From the human T2T-CHM13v2.0 reference genome, Homo sapiens, in assembly GCF_009914755.1 (NCBI RefSeq), contig NC_060934.1: DNA of 64,000 nt; one strand, written 5' to 3'. Shown one piece after another: positions 1 to 14,108 of this stretch (position 1 is its first letter; each line of letters opens with the position of its first letter). Under the pieces are notes generated by a model, which saw only the letters and a list, made by a program, of their open reading frames with translations, was not told the DNA's origin and did no database searches. A program made the position numbers and the translations under genes.

Positions 1-262
1 AGGCAGCAGATTTTTTTTTTTTTCTAAGCTTCCCAGGTGATTTTAATGACTAGTCAACCCTAAGAACTTTTCTTGGTAAAGTTTATTTGCTTCCCCACGA
101 CTCTTTTAGACGTTTTATTGCAGTCAAACATTATAAATGAATTTTTACAATATTATCCAAGGTGTCTCCCCAACACATATATTTCTTCTCTTTCTACTTT
201 ATTTTCTAAATTTATTGTACAAAATTAAAACATGGGTGAGTTGGAAGACCTACATTTAGGAC

Positions 263-590
263 AGTGTTTTGCAGATTGTGGTTTCTGAACCAGCAACATC
301 AGCAGCCCTTGGGAACCTTTAGAAATGCAAATTCTGTGTCCCACTCTAGACCTTCTGAATGAGATGTGCTGGTGGGGTGGTGGGGTGGTGGGGCTGCAAT
401 CTGGATTTTCACAAGCCTTCTAGGGGATCTGGGGCACCCTAATTTTTGAGAACCAAGGATTCTCTTAATGAGAAACTTTTAAAACTACTGACGCCTGGGA
501 CCCACCCCTCAGATTTTGATTTTTGATTGAATCATTCCAGTGTGTGGTTCTTCCAACGACTGTAATATACCACAAAGTTTGAGAACTTCT
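263..590. mobile_element. MER5-family (hAT-Charlie) DNA transposon relics, two adjacent copies
   Basis: ccagcaacatcagc...agaaatgcaaattct...tttgagaacca hallmark segments. Confidence 0.7.
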
Positions 591-1593
591 GGGGCTTCAG
601 TGAAGACCTTACCCCTGTCCAGAGCAGAGTTGTCTTTCTAAACTAAAAGAAAACCAAACAAAAACAAACAATAGGGATATCTCAAGGTTCAAGAATAAGT
701 TTAACAGTGCATATAATAACAACTAGGCCCAATATTTATGTTTTTATAATGGGCAATAGTCTCCAATCTTTTCTTTAGGAGATTATTGCTATAATTGTAG
801 TTGTATTTTTAGTATTCAGTGACTGAAAATAGCATGTAATCAATAAATGAATTTGATAACATTTTAAGTGAACACAAATGTTATTCTTCACTGTTTTTCA
901 GAAAATGTTTAGCATCCATATAACCTCTTTTAAAATACTTTCAGGAAGCCAAAGATTCATGAGTTGGGACCATTAGCGTTTTTATATTTTTACCAGAGAC
1001 AGCGAGAGAGACAGAGAGAACGAGTGCATGTGTGTCAGAGAGACAGCAAGATTTATTTTTATTTTTATTTATTTTTTACTGCTTATCTTTCCATGATGTG
1101 ACCACCCAAATTTATGAAATCCTTCCAGAAGGTTTGGGACCCCCTAGTAAATTCAATTATGCTCAACATATTGTATTCTATTCTTTGGAAATTAACTATC
1201 CACTTAGAGTATCTATGATATTCCCTAATAATTATACTATTAAATGTATCATACCACCACATTTCTCAGGTATACTGGAAGATAGAGCACTTACAACATA
1301 ACCCTATATGAGTTATTTTTAAATGAAATATTTCTATTCTTCCATACTTTAAGACAAATTTCTTCAATGACAACTCTACTTTCTCTGAATGTAATGTTTT
1401 GTGATATTTGCTCAATTTTAGGCCAAACATCACAATTTCTATTTCTTCCTTTTCCTTCTTCCTTCTTTCCTTTCTTTAAAATGTAATTCTTAAAATATAG
1501 CTAACTTTAGTTGGATATTTTTCAAATAAACCTCTAAGTGACATAGATTAAGATCTATTTCACCTTGCTAAACACCTTTTAAAATAACCTGTT

Positions 1594-1891
1594 GGCTGGG
1601 CGCGGTGGCTCATGCCTGTAATCCCAGCACTTTGGGGGGCCGAGGCAGGTGGATCACCTGAGGTCAGGAGTTTGAGACCAGCCTGGCCAACATGGTGAAA
1701 CCCCATCTCTACTAAAAAGTACAAAAATTAGTTGGGTGTGGTGGCAGATGCATGTAATCCCAGCTACTCAGGTGGCTGAGACAGGAGAATTGCTTGAACC
1801 TGGGAGGCGGAGGTTGCAGTGAGATCGCGTCACTGCACTCCAGCCTGGGCGACAAGAGTGAGACAATTCTTAAAAAAAAAGAAAAAAAAAA
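1594..1891 (+). mobile_element. Alu (AluS-like)
   Basis: Full dimer, A tail, TSD aacctgtt. Confidence 0.95.
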
Positions 1892-2574
1892 GAACCTGTT
1901 GAAGTCTGAAAAACTCAGCCAATTAGTTATTAATAACTGAAGTAAATGATTTGTCTGACATTAAACAAGTGTAACTGTTGTTTTCGCTAAGGTTTGTTGA
2001 ATTTTGAAGTATATCTCCATAAATACCCAAATTGTTTCTCCTTTATGCAATGTGTGAGTACACTAATAAATATACTTTTTTTACATGAATACAAAAACTA
2101 GATAATAACTTCAAACTGGATTCATTCAAGAAATGGCAGAAGAGCATTACTTTTGCCTGGGAGTAAGGATTTTTCCACTGGCCACCTAAGATCTCTGGGC
2201 AGCCTTTTGGTGATAGGGTCAGTGCTGCCAGTGCAATGTTTGCCTATCACTTTTTCTCTGTGTACTATACCTGGGTATTTACTGATAGGCTGGAGTACTT
2301 CAGGAAGGAAGAACCAGAAATAGCAGGGTAAGAAGTGAATACCTCATGCAGCCCGAGGCATCAGCTGAAGCAGCTTTGGCCATCAGTAGGGTGACAGATC
2401 ACCCTCCTGTTCAACTTCCTTTTAACCTTGAAAACTCAGGCTAAATATCACCAGTCATAGGATCTCTTCATAGTCCAGCAGTCATCACCTCTGTTTTTAT
2501 GTACTTTTTAAATTACTCTAAATATCCTTTTATTCCAGCAATTAATCACATTTCCTTAGAATTATTTGTGTACA

Positions 2575-2916
<342 letters not shown>

Positions 2917-3242
2917 TCAGGACAGTGACTTCTCCTTCTTGGACCTGGGAAGTGTCCCTAATTACTACTGAACAAATGGGAGGCCAGCCACATGGCTAAC
3001 ACACTCCGAAGGGCATGAAGAAGAGAACGTGCAAAAGCACGCTGCTACCTGATTATATGTGGTAGGTCCTCAGTTACAACTTTCCCTACTCTTCAATTGC
3101 ATTTTCTAAAATCAGCAATACAGATACTTATAATTTTCTGAACATACCATGTTATTTCATGCATCTCTCTGCTTTACAATTTTCAAGCTTACACACACAT
3201 CCATCTTACAGAGGGGAGTGCTGACAAAAACCCTACCACTTG

Positions 3243-3591
<349 letters not shown>

Positions 3592-4531
3592 TGATCTTTC
3601 CCCAAGAAAATCTGACATCAGTCCCCACTCTCCTCCCAAGGTTGAACTAGATGTCCCTCCTTTGTGCGCTCACAATCTCCTTTAATTTACTGACCAGTTT
3701 AATCCATATTCTGGGTTTCTTTGAGAGAAAATAATGACTGATGCCCACAGTGAACTCAATGTTCTTCAACAGGAGGATGCACTGAAATGCCCAGACACTT
3801 CTTCACCTAAGCTGCGTGTTTGCTGGGATCCATTGTTTGTTCTCAAACCTATTTCTGCCAGTCGTACTTGTTAGTTTAATTGAGTAATTTAACTAGATGT
3901 CACTTGAGTGAATAGCACATGAGTGAAAGAGTTGTGTTTTCTATGAAAACAGATGGATGCTTTGGAAAGATAAGATGCTAGAAATCGTACTTTTGAATGA
4001 GCCATAGGCAAAACTACAGACAGGATAGGGGAGGGGTATGTAGTAATCTTGAAAGAATCTCCTTTCAGATTTTTTTAAGTGCCCTTAATTTCTAACTTCA
4101 CTTTATAAAATTCCAACCTGGAAATTGTTGAAGATGCCTAATGAAAGTAGTTTATGAAGTTCCTATCAGTAGACTCATGTCACAATTAGAAGCCTTTGGC
4201 CCCATATCAAAAGATTAGTGACGTGTATGTGTTAAGTCAAAATAAAATGTCTAAGGCATGCACGTATCATCTTTACCTGTTCAACCAATTATGTATTGAA
4301 GTGATGGGGAACCAGTGGGCGGCAGGAAGGGAGTCGGGTATCTTTCTCTTTCAATAGATTGTGAGTTTCTTGAAGACAGGGACCACATCTTGCTCATCTA
4401 AGTAGTACCTGTGTCTGAGAAAAGCGTTCAGATCCTCAAAGATTTTCACTAAGTGCTCTTCACCCAGTAGAATGCTGCACTTATTTTTGTTTAGGGGGTT
4501 TCAGGTCTTGTTCAGCATTTATGCATTACAA

Positions 4532-4545
4532 CCACGAGGGGGCAA
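4532..4545 (+). promoter_or_regulatory. Candidate CTCF motif CCACGAGGGGGCAA
   Basis: Close to the core consensus CCASYAGRKGGCRS; motif match only. Confidence 0.4.
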
Positions 4546-5710
4546 TATAGTCACATTCCTTGTAATGACCACCCAGTGGTGTTGCCTCCAAGTTAGAGCC
4601 CCTAATATGATGAGCCCCCCTAAAATGCATTGGAGAAACTGTGGCATAAACATCTCACCAACACTGGCATTCTTTGTATATCCTTCTCCTGTTTATTTGG
4701 AGGAGTTGACTGATTCTATCTTTTCTAAACAATATAAGGATCAACTAGCAATCACCATTTTATTAAGTTATGCAAGCGCAGACAGCTTCTGGAAGGAAGA
4801 AATGAAAATGAGATGGTGGGGAAGGGGTGGTACAGGGGAAACCTTCATGTAAATGTTATCAGTAGTATCAGGGATGATCAATTGGCACAATGTTATCTAT
4901 GGTGTTTTTCAGGGAAGTCTTGGAGGGAACACTACTGAAGAAGTTACAGATTCTGTGTCTATATGAAGCAGAAGACCTCAATCCTTCCTCTGTCCCCTGA
5001 ATGAGTCTTCTCCCAGTTCCTATATGTCAGAATCATAGGCTCCGAAAATTAAGTTTCTCGCTGCTCATATCTTTTCAGAAGGAATGTCCTCTCCTAAGAG
5101 CAAGAGGGTAGTGAGATGAAAAAGAAATCTATTGCCTTTAAAAGGAAAGACCCTGAGAAAATAAAAAAAGAGTGTTTTGCTTTTTAGTAAACTGCTGTGC
5201 TGAATCACGACTAAATTGGTGATCTGTGACATCAAAGGGTCATAAACAGCCTAGCTTGAGTCCAAAAGAACTGAGGCCTCCATTTTCACAGTAAAAGAAT
5301 GCCTATTCCAAAATAATTTTTGAGAATGAATGAAATCTAAAACAAGATAAGCAGTCCTGTTTACAGTTATCATGGGGTATTGAAATAGTTGGCGTGGAAG
5401 TTGGGTGACTCAGTGGGCAGGACATTTGGGGTCAGAGCACTTGGGAAGTCAGGCTGACCTGCGTTAAAGCCTCAGCTCTGCTCCTAACTAGTGACTACGG
5501 TCAGATGCCCTCCCTTCCCTAAGCGCCAGTTTTACATTGCTCATATGTAAAATACAGGAATGGGGAAATTGGACAAATGATCTCACAACCTCTCCCAGGT
5601 CTAAACAATCATATATTTCTTTTCCAGGAAGTAGCTTACGTATTTGTCCTTAACTTCCTGTTTCAAGAAGACAGCTTTTTGTTTTTAGATGCAATATAAA
5701 AACAAAATAA

Positions 5711-6028
<318 letters not shown>

Positions 6029-7059
6029 GCAAATTGCTATTTTTCAATTCACATTTACTTTACCTTTTCTTAGGGAAAGATCTGGCAGAGTCTAAGATAT
6101 GGTGGAAACTAATATAAAAGGATTTTTCCAATGAAATAAGAATAGGATGTTGCTATTTAAACTTCATATACATTTAAAATGTGCTAGTTTGTATGCAGAA
6201 CAGAAACTCAAACTCAGTATTTGCCCCTAGCTGCTTACATTGGAAGGCAGTGGTGGCAGTTTACTCAAAATGAGTAAGAAAATAAATCAGCTGACAACTC
6301 TAGACTGTACAGACATGCAGGCTGCCTTTTACGTTTCTGACTCCTGATTTATTTTTCTTTCCCACCTTCCCACGGCGACGGGCAGTCAATGAATACTCAG
6401 ATCAAGTGTCTGTCTGGAAAGCTGGCAGTCTTCCAGAAATACAATTAGGTATGAAAGAAAAGTCCCATCCCTCACCTCCATAGAATATTACTCCAACTCT
6501 TTCACAGCAGGAACACTAGAGTGGGAATGAGAAGTGTGGCCCTTGTGTGTTACGTTACTTCTTTTGAGAGTATGGTCATATCCATCCGTTTGTAGCATTA
6601 CACAAGGAGTCAGTTAAGGTACAAGGGGTGTGAGACCCAGTGACTGCCCCCAAAGTGCTTGTCACTAGAGCTTCTCTCCCTCACCTCTAATTGGCCTTGA
6701 CATTTGGGTTCGTTCAGAGGGTTGCCCCATACTGCCTTCTGGTAAAATCTTGGCGCCCTAGGCCTAAGCCTGCTCATCTTGTGCCTCCTTTTCCTCCTCC
6801 TCAGGGCCCATTCCAGTGGAACAGAAGTGCTACTTTGGGGGTGGACTGAAACAAGTTGCTGGGCTTCCATTGGCCATTGCCACTTGCTTGTCGTTGTGAG
6901 GAGGGGCCGTGCCTCCACAGGCCCATACCTGTAACCTGACGATACTGTTGTGAGCGGGAATGGAGGAAGTGCATGGAAACCCCTCAGCACGATGCATAGT
7001 GAACAGACAAGCTGTGAACCTTGGGAGTTATCACCATGTGTGATGATGCTGGTGAAGAA

Positions 7060-7280
7060 AGCCTGCACTGCGGAGGCTGACAGCCTGGGTTTGAATCCCC
7101 TCATTTGGAATATAATCTTGGCAAAGTCTGAAAGCCTCAATTGCTCGTTTGTAAAACTGGAAGATAGTAGGACTTGCTGCCCGGGGTCGGGGCAGGATGG
7201 AGGGGGCCCATGAGAATTAAGGCAGAGCCCAGCGGAGTGCATTGTAAGGATCCATGAGTGTGAACCTTCGTTTTTACTAC
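7060..7280 (+). mobile_element. MIR relic
   Basis: cctgggtttgaatccc...cttggcaaagt...gcctcaattgctcgtttgtaaa core-like sequence. Confidence 0.55.
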
Positions 7281-7697
7281 TGCATATGAGGATCCTGCCA
7301 ACAAACCTGGCGGCTTCAAGCATCCTTGCCCCTAACCAAATAAGCTCTTAGGTCCTAGAGGCAGGAAGACTTCCTTGAAGAGGCGCGGGAGGCTGGTGAG
7401 GGGAGTGGAGGACGCTCTGGGACCCTCTGGGGGTGGGGCGGGCGGGGTGAACTTGACCCCAGGCCGCGTGCCGGGCGTGCCATCTGCCGCTCCGCTGCAA
7501 GGTCTCGCCCGGGACCGGGGCTGGCGGAGCGCGCGCCCGCGAGTAGGGGCCGGGCCGGGGACCCCGCCTAGGCGGCGGCGGCCGGGTCCCCAAGGCTGGG
7601 CGCTGCTTGCGGAACCGACGGGGCGGAGAGGAGCGTGGCGGGAGGAGGAGTAGGAGAAGGGGGCTGGTCAAGGGAAGTGCGACGTGTCTGCGGAGCC

Positions 7698-7705
7698 TTT
7701 TTATA
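7698..7705. promoter_or_regulatory. TATA-like element (TTTTTATA; TATAAAAA on the minus strand)
   Basis: The only A/T run in the island upstream of the ATG, about 130 nt before the start codon. Confidence 0.6.
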
Positions 7706-7726
7706 CCTCCTTCCCGGGAGTCCGGC

Positions 7727-7830
7727 AGCCGCTGCTGCTGCTGCTGCTGCTGCTGCCGCCGCCGCCGCCGCCGTCCCTGCGTCCTTCGGTCTCTGCTCCC
7801 GGGACCCGGGCTCCGCCGCAGCCAGCCAGC
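7727..7830 (+). other. PAPSS2: Approximate 5' UTR of PAPSS2 (TSS inferred, not directly visible)
   Basis: Lies between a TATA-like element about 25 nt upstream and the ATG; no upstream ATG; the 5' boundary is inference. Confidence 0.6.
7731..7772 (+). repeat. Compound trinucleotide repeat (GCT)8(GCC)6 in the 5' UTR
   Basis: Counted directly. Confidence 0.97.
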
Positions 7831-7857
7831 ATGTCGGGGATCAAGAAGCAAAAGACG
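7831..7857 (+). CDS. PAPSS2: PAPSS2 coding exon 1 (MSGIKKQKT)
   Basis: agcATGTCGGGGATCAAGAAGCAAAAGACG|gtaggc inside the CpG island; matches the PAPSS2 N-terminus; phase-0 join to exon 2. Confidence 0.97.
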
Positions 7858-10709
7858 GTAGGCTTCCAGGCGCCGGCTTCCCTCCCCGCCACCGCACTGC
7901 ACGCGCCGACCCCCAACCCCCAATTCCCCGGCACTTGGGTCCCACCCTCCCCGGGAGGGGGCGTCGGGAGGAGGAGTAAGAGTGGGGCACGGAGGGAAGC
8001 AGGAGAAAGAGGCTCTGTGTGGAATTCCCGGGGCAGTCCTCGCCCCGCAGCCCCTCTCCACCCCGCGACTCTGGGAATCTGCGCTCCTTGGGGTCGCCGC
8101 GCCCGCGAGAGACCTCCCGAGCTTCTCAAGTGGGTCCGGATCTAGATCTAGGACCAGGGACAGGAAATCCCCTTTCTTTCCCAAGAGCTCTTCCAGACCC
8201 GCCTTTTCTTCTGTAGGGTCTCGGAGCAGATCGAGCTGACTCCCGTTCTGCCAGGTCTGGTCGCTGGGGTTTTGTCTATGGGAACTTCCTTGGAGTGGGC
8301 TTTAATGACGGACTTTCATAGAGGAAACTGCAATTATCAAAGCAAACTGGAGGAAATTGCATTTCTACACTGGCGGGATTTAGCCCTCTAGCTTGATTTC
8401 GGCATTGGGTGGCATCTCGAGTTCAGTAATGAGGGGTGAGGGTGCCCCTCGGTTTGGTGGAGTAAGATGAGGGGACTGTGTTGAGGAGGCACACTTTTAC
8501 CCAGAATTAATAATCTGAGCTGTCCTCCTTTAATGGGAAATATGAGGGCATGTCAAAGAGAAAAGTTTCTTTCCCAGCAACATGGGCACCTATAAATTTT
8601 GCATTCTTAAAAATGGCAGCAGTTCTATTTGTCAATTATACCCCAATAAACTGAAAAAAAAAAACAAAAAAAAAAACCGGGAGCAGTAATCATAGACTCT
8701 TAGAGTTGGATGGCGCCTTCTAGACAGCACTGGGGCCACGTCAGATGTGGTCAGCAAGCCTTGATAAAATCCTACTCAGCAGTTTGGCCGCTGAACATTC
8801 TATCTTCAGCCACCACCCTGCAAGCCTCAGATGATTGTACTGGTTACTGAATGGGTTGACCTCTCTCTAGTAGGTAGACGTGCAATGGACACATAGTAGG
8901 TGCCTGATAAATGTTTATTCTTATATAATGTGTATTACCGAAATATCTTTGAGGTGTATTTGTGGTGGGCCGGGGAGAGGTTTAAAAAAAAAACAAAATA
9001 TAAAGCCAAGAAGTGGGGAAGGAGTGTGGAGGGGCCATGCAGGGCTAGAAGGGTCATTTGAGCAGCAAGAGAACAGGGTCGGGGCTCTGTGGCTCCAGGG
9101 ACCATACTGGACCAGCAGGAGGGTCCAGGGTGTAGGTGGCATCAATTTGGGAAGGGACATTTATCAAAATCCAGCTGCCTTTCTCAGGAGTAATTTTTAA
9201 GTGGGGGACTCTCAGCGTTGTAACATATTTTTGAAATAATAAATGAAAATCACTTGTATTTTGTTCCTATTTAATGCGATTAATTTCTGTAAAATCCTAA
9301 ATAGTGTCTTCTAAATGGCAAGCCGCTGTGCCAGTAGCTTTTTATATCAATGGGGTTTTAATTCCCACCTTCCTGCTTGCATCAAGAATTCCTTCTCAGT
9401 TGTGATGGGGGACTTTGTCAAGCATTAGAAAGGGACGAGGTGGTCTCTCCTCTTGATGCCTCCAGTCGGCAGGAGCCCAGGAAGAGGAGGGTTTGAGAAC
9501 AGGGTCATTACAAATCAATTGCGGGGGCTCTGCACAGTCAGAAGCAGTGAGAAATTTGAGGGCCGGAGGGTTTGGTTTTTGTATTTACACATTCTGAACC
9601 TTCTATTTTTTGTTAGGTGGGTGTATGTGTGTGTCTGTTTTATACAGCATTAAATTAACTCCTGAAACAGCTAACTGAAATAGAACTTTTCTGAATTTTG
9701 ATTTAGTCTAACGCAGTTATAACCCAGGCACCAACCCAAGTTCCCAAAAGGGCTAGATAGGTACTATCGGTACTATTTACAGCAAGCCAGCTGTAAATGC
9801 ATGTGGAATCTCTCAAGCTTTGAATGTTCATTCAAAATGTGTTTTGAAACCTTGCAGGCCAAAGCAAAATCTGTCCGCTTGTGTGACCTCTGAACTAATC
9901 AATTGTTTGATAAGTATTGCTGACCTCACAAGCTAGCCTAGGAGTGAGACTGAGCTGATCTTTTACGGTCTTATAGGAATCATCACATTGTTTACTGCAC
10001 TGTCAACAGAGGACAGTTAATTCACACAGCAGCCACTACAGTAACTTCAAATATTTGTTGAGCACCTACTGTATGCCAGGTGGTATACTGGGTGGGGGAG
10101 GCGGAAAAGGAGATACCTCTTTTCCAGGTTTTTTTGGCCACACTCTCTGGATGAATATTGCCTTTCAGTTCAGACCACTCTAGGAAGAGGAGATAGTTTT
10201 GGTTTAAATGAGAGAGTGTAGGATGACTTTTTCATAAGCTTTAGAAAAAATAAATTAAGTGTTCTTTTATAAAGGAAGGTAGCACATTCCTTCTGTTTTA
10301 TGCATCTTTACCATGGAAACCAAAGAAACAGCTACCAGTCACATTCATCCCTTCATCATTTCCACCCCTCACTTACCTCCAACCCTGGCTACCCTCCCAC
10401 CCCCACCCCCCATACACACACATAGACACCTAGGAGAGGGAAAGGGACAGACCGCCTCCAGGGGACTGGAAAGAAGGGAAGGCAAAGGCCTGGGCCTTTC
10501 CTCTTACATCATTTCCTGGATTAACATTTTTCAAGGCCCACAGACAGTGCTGTTATGTTCTGGAGACACCCAATCTGAAAACATTGACTGAGATATTAAG
10601 TTATTTCCGAAGGATCAAATAGGAAAACAATTGGAAAGGAGTGAAAAGATACTGAAAACCACAGCGCTCTCCATAGATGTAAGGGATTATCAACCTTTTC
10701 CTTATTTAT

Positions 10710-10888
10710 TTTCTTTCTTTCTTTTTTTTTTTGAGACAGAGTCTCACTCTGTCACCCAGGCTGGAGTGCAGTAGCGTGGCATGATCTCAGCTCACTGCAA
10801 CCTCCGCCTCCCGGGTTCAAGCCATTCTCTTGCCCCAGCCTCCCAAGTAGCTGGGATTACAGGCACCACCATCATGCCCTGCTAATTA
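10710..10888 (-). mobile_element. 5'-truncated Alu (right arm only)
   Basis: Right monomer flanked by TSD accttttccttattt. Confidence 0.9.
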
Positions 10889-10923
10889 CCTTTTCCTTAT
10901 TTTCAGAATTGTGCACAGTATAA

Positions 10924-11280
<357 letters not shown>

Positions 11281-11774
11281 TAAAGACACTACCGAAGGCA
11301 AGACATGAATTCTAGATGAGCAACTACTGGAGGGAGGGACAAAAAGCATTTCCTAGAGGCCAGACACTCAGACATCTCATCCCCACAGTAGCTCTCATCT
11401 CAGGAAACAGCTTTGTCTTCAGGGGAGGAGAAATACCAGGGGCAGGGCACTACTGAAATTCAGGTCTGTCCAGCTTCAAAACTCATGCTCTTGACCCCCT
11501 CCGTACTTCTGTTTCAGGATGTAACTGCTCTGGCCCAAAGTTTTCTCATCTGTAAAATGTGGGTAATAATAACTTTCCCCTTACAATTGTCGTGAAAAGT
11601 AAGTAACTCCTAAAAATTGTCTTGCTCAGTGCCAGACCCAGAGTTAGTGCTTCATATGCAGTAGCTATTTCATTTGTATTAAACTATACTGTCATGGTTT
11701 GGCATACATAAAAAGAAAAAACAGCACACATCATACTGTTTTGAAGACTCAGTAAATGACAACAGCCAGAATAT

Positions 11775-12065
<291 letters not shown>

Positions 12066-13046
12066 AGCCAGAATATTTAATAAGGAAAAACAAATGCAGA
12101 AATATAGAGGTGACAATTTGAATTCTTATTGTGATAGGCTGGATAGAAGACACTGGTTGACCTCTGGTAGAGGTACCAGAGTATCAGTGAGTTTTTGCCA
12201 ACAACTTTGGCCAAGAAAGATAATCCATGCATAGAGTAAATATTGGACTAACTTCTCTCCACCCTTCCTGTGCCTTCAACTATTCCTATGTGCACCTTAA
12301 AATTAGTGTTTCCCAATTCATGCCATCGCCATTTATTAGATCATCTGTTTGGACTTTGGTGCGGTTAAAAGATAAATGTGGTTAACTCAGTTATATGTCT
12401 CTTTGAGATAGTTATCTTTGTCTTTTATCACTTTTCTGTTGATGCATGTGGCTCTGTGGTTTGCTGAGGGGATAATTAGGCTTACCTCTAACATGGAACT
12501 TTTAGGGAATTAGAGTCTGGGAAAGGCATCAATGATGTCAATCTCAGTCCTAGGAGATTTCTGTTTATTTCAAAATCTATCACTAAATAGTAATGGGCAC
12601 TCATTAGTCTTTGTGTTTGGAAGTCTTAGGAAAATGCAGAAACTAAAGGTAAATAAACATAAATATAACACTAGTTCAACTGTTCTATTAGCCCCTAGGT
12701 GATTTGTTCATATGACACTTGGAACAGCTTATATGCCCAGCACCTGACAGTGATCCTGGCACAGATTAGGTGTTCAATATTCATTGAATAAATGAATGAG
12801 TAAATGGCTAGAGAATTCATTAGAGGATGTATTTGCTCTTAGGATCCACATTTTTTCCTAGATTCCTCACTCTCCCCTCTTCTCTTTGTGTGCTTGGTTA
12901 TTTTTGACTGGGTATTTGTCATTACTGCTGAAAAATTGCTTGTAGAGATTCCTTCAGGCCTAGGATGAATGACTTTGTTTTCAGAGAGGATTTGCTTTTG
13001 TTTCTGCCAGGTGTCTGGCCCCACTCCTAGCCTAGGACTCCTTTAA

Positions 13047-13354
<308 letters not shown>

Positions 13355-13802
13355 TGAATTTACCACTTTTTAAAGACTTAGGTGATGTGAATTTGGATTG
13401 CTATTTTGCACATGAGAGCCAGCTTGTGAATACAACTTCCCAGGGACCACCCTCCCCTTTTATACTCACTTTCTATGCCAAGACAATTGTCCTTGCCGTC
13501 TCTCTGAGTGGGAGGTAGGTTTATTCTGGTTCACCCTTATTTTTAGAGTGTAGGGTTTAGGAGCCCAGCTTAACTTGAGGAAGACCTTTTTTTATTTTCA
13601 CTTGAGTGGGTTCTGGGCTTTAATTTCTGTTCCACCTCTCTCAGTGAAGCTGTCAAAATCAGTTCATGTATGCTCCTCTCAGCAAATATGCCCCATAAGG
13701 ATAAAAGTGCCTCTCTGCTTACTTATCTCTTTGAGTTCTTGCTTTCTTCCAGATTTTGGCCTAGTAGTTTCTTCCTATTTTGTCAGCTATTTGTTGTTTT
13801 AA

Positions 13803-14108
13803 TTTTTTTTTCTTTTTTTTTTTTTAGATGGAGTCTTGCTCTGTCACCCAGGCTCAAGTGCTGTTGGCGTGATCTTGGCTCATTGCAACCTCCACCTCCC
13901 AAGTTCAAGCGATTCTCACGCCTCGGCCTCCCTAGTAGCTGGGGTTACAGGTGTGCACCACCACACCAGGCTAATTTTTGTATTTTTAGTTGAGACGGGT
14001 TTTCACCATGTTGGCCAGACTGGTCTTGAACTCCTGACCTCAAGTGATCTGTCTGCCTTGGCCTCCCAGAGTGCTGGGATTACAGGCATGAGCCACCATG
14101 CTCATCCT
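13803..14108 (-). mobile_element. Alu (AluS-like)
   Basis: Antisense dimer. Confidence 0.93.

Larger units (their letters stand above)
7380..8150. promoter_or_regulatory. CpG island / PAPSS2 promoter
   Basis: Very GC- and CpG-rich block around exon 1 in an otherwise CpG-depleted window; GGGCGG Sp/KLF boxes at 7436-7445; ETS-like GGAAGTG near 7673. Confidence 0.92.

Noticed and set aside
6610-7323. 237-aa minus-strand ORF upstream of the promoter
   Set aside because: Partly runs through a MIR relic; no recognisable domain or splice structure; probably chance
7348-8184. 278-aa antisense ORF with poly-Arg/poly-Gln, plus other long ORFs over the CpG island
   Set aside because: Non-ATG starts, low-complexity products and expected stop depletion in GC-rich DNA; no recognisable homology
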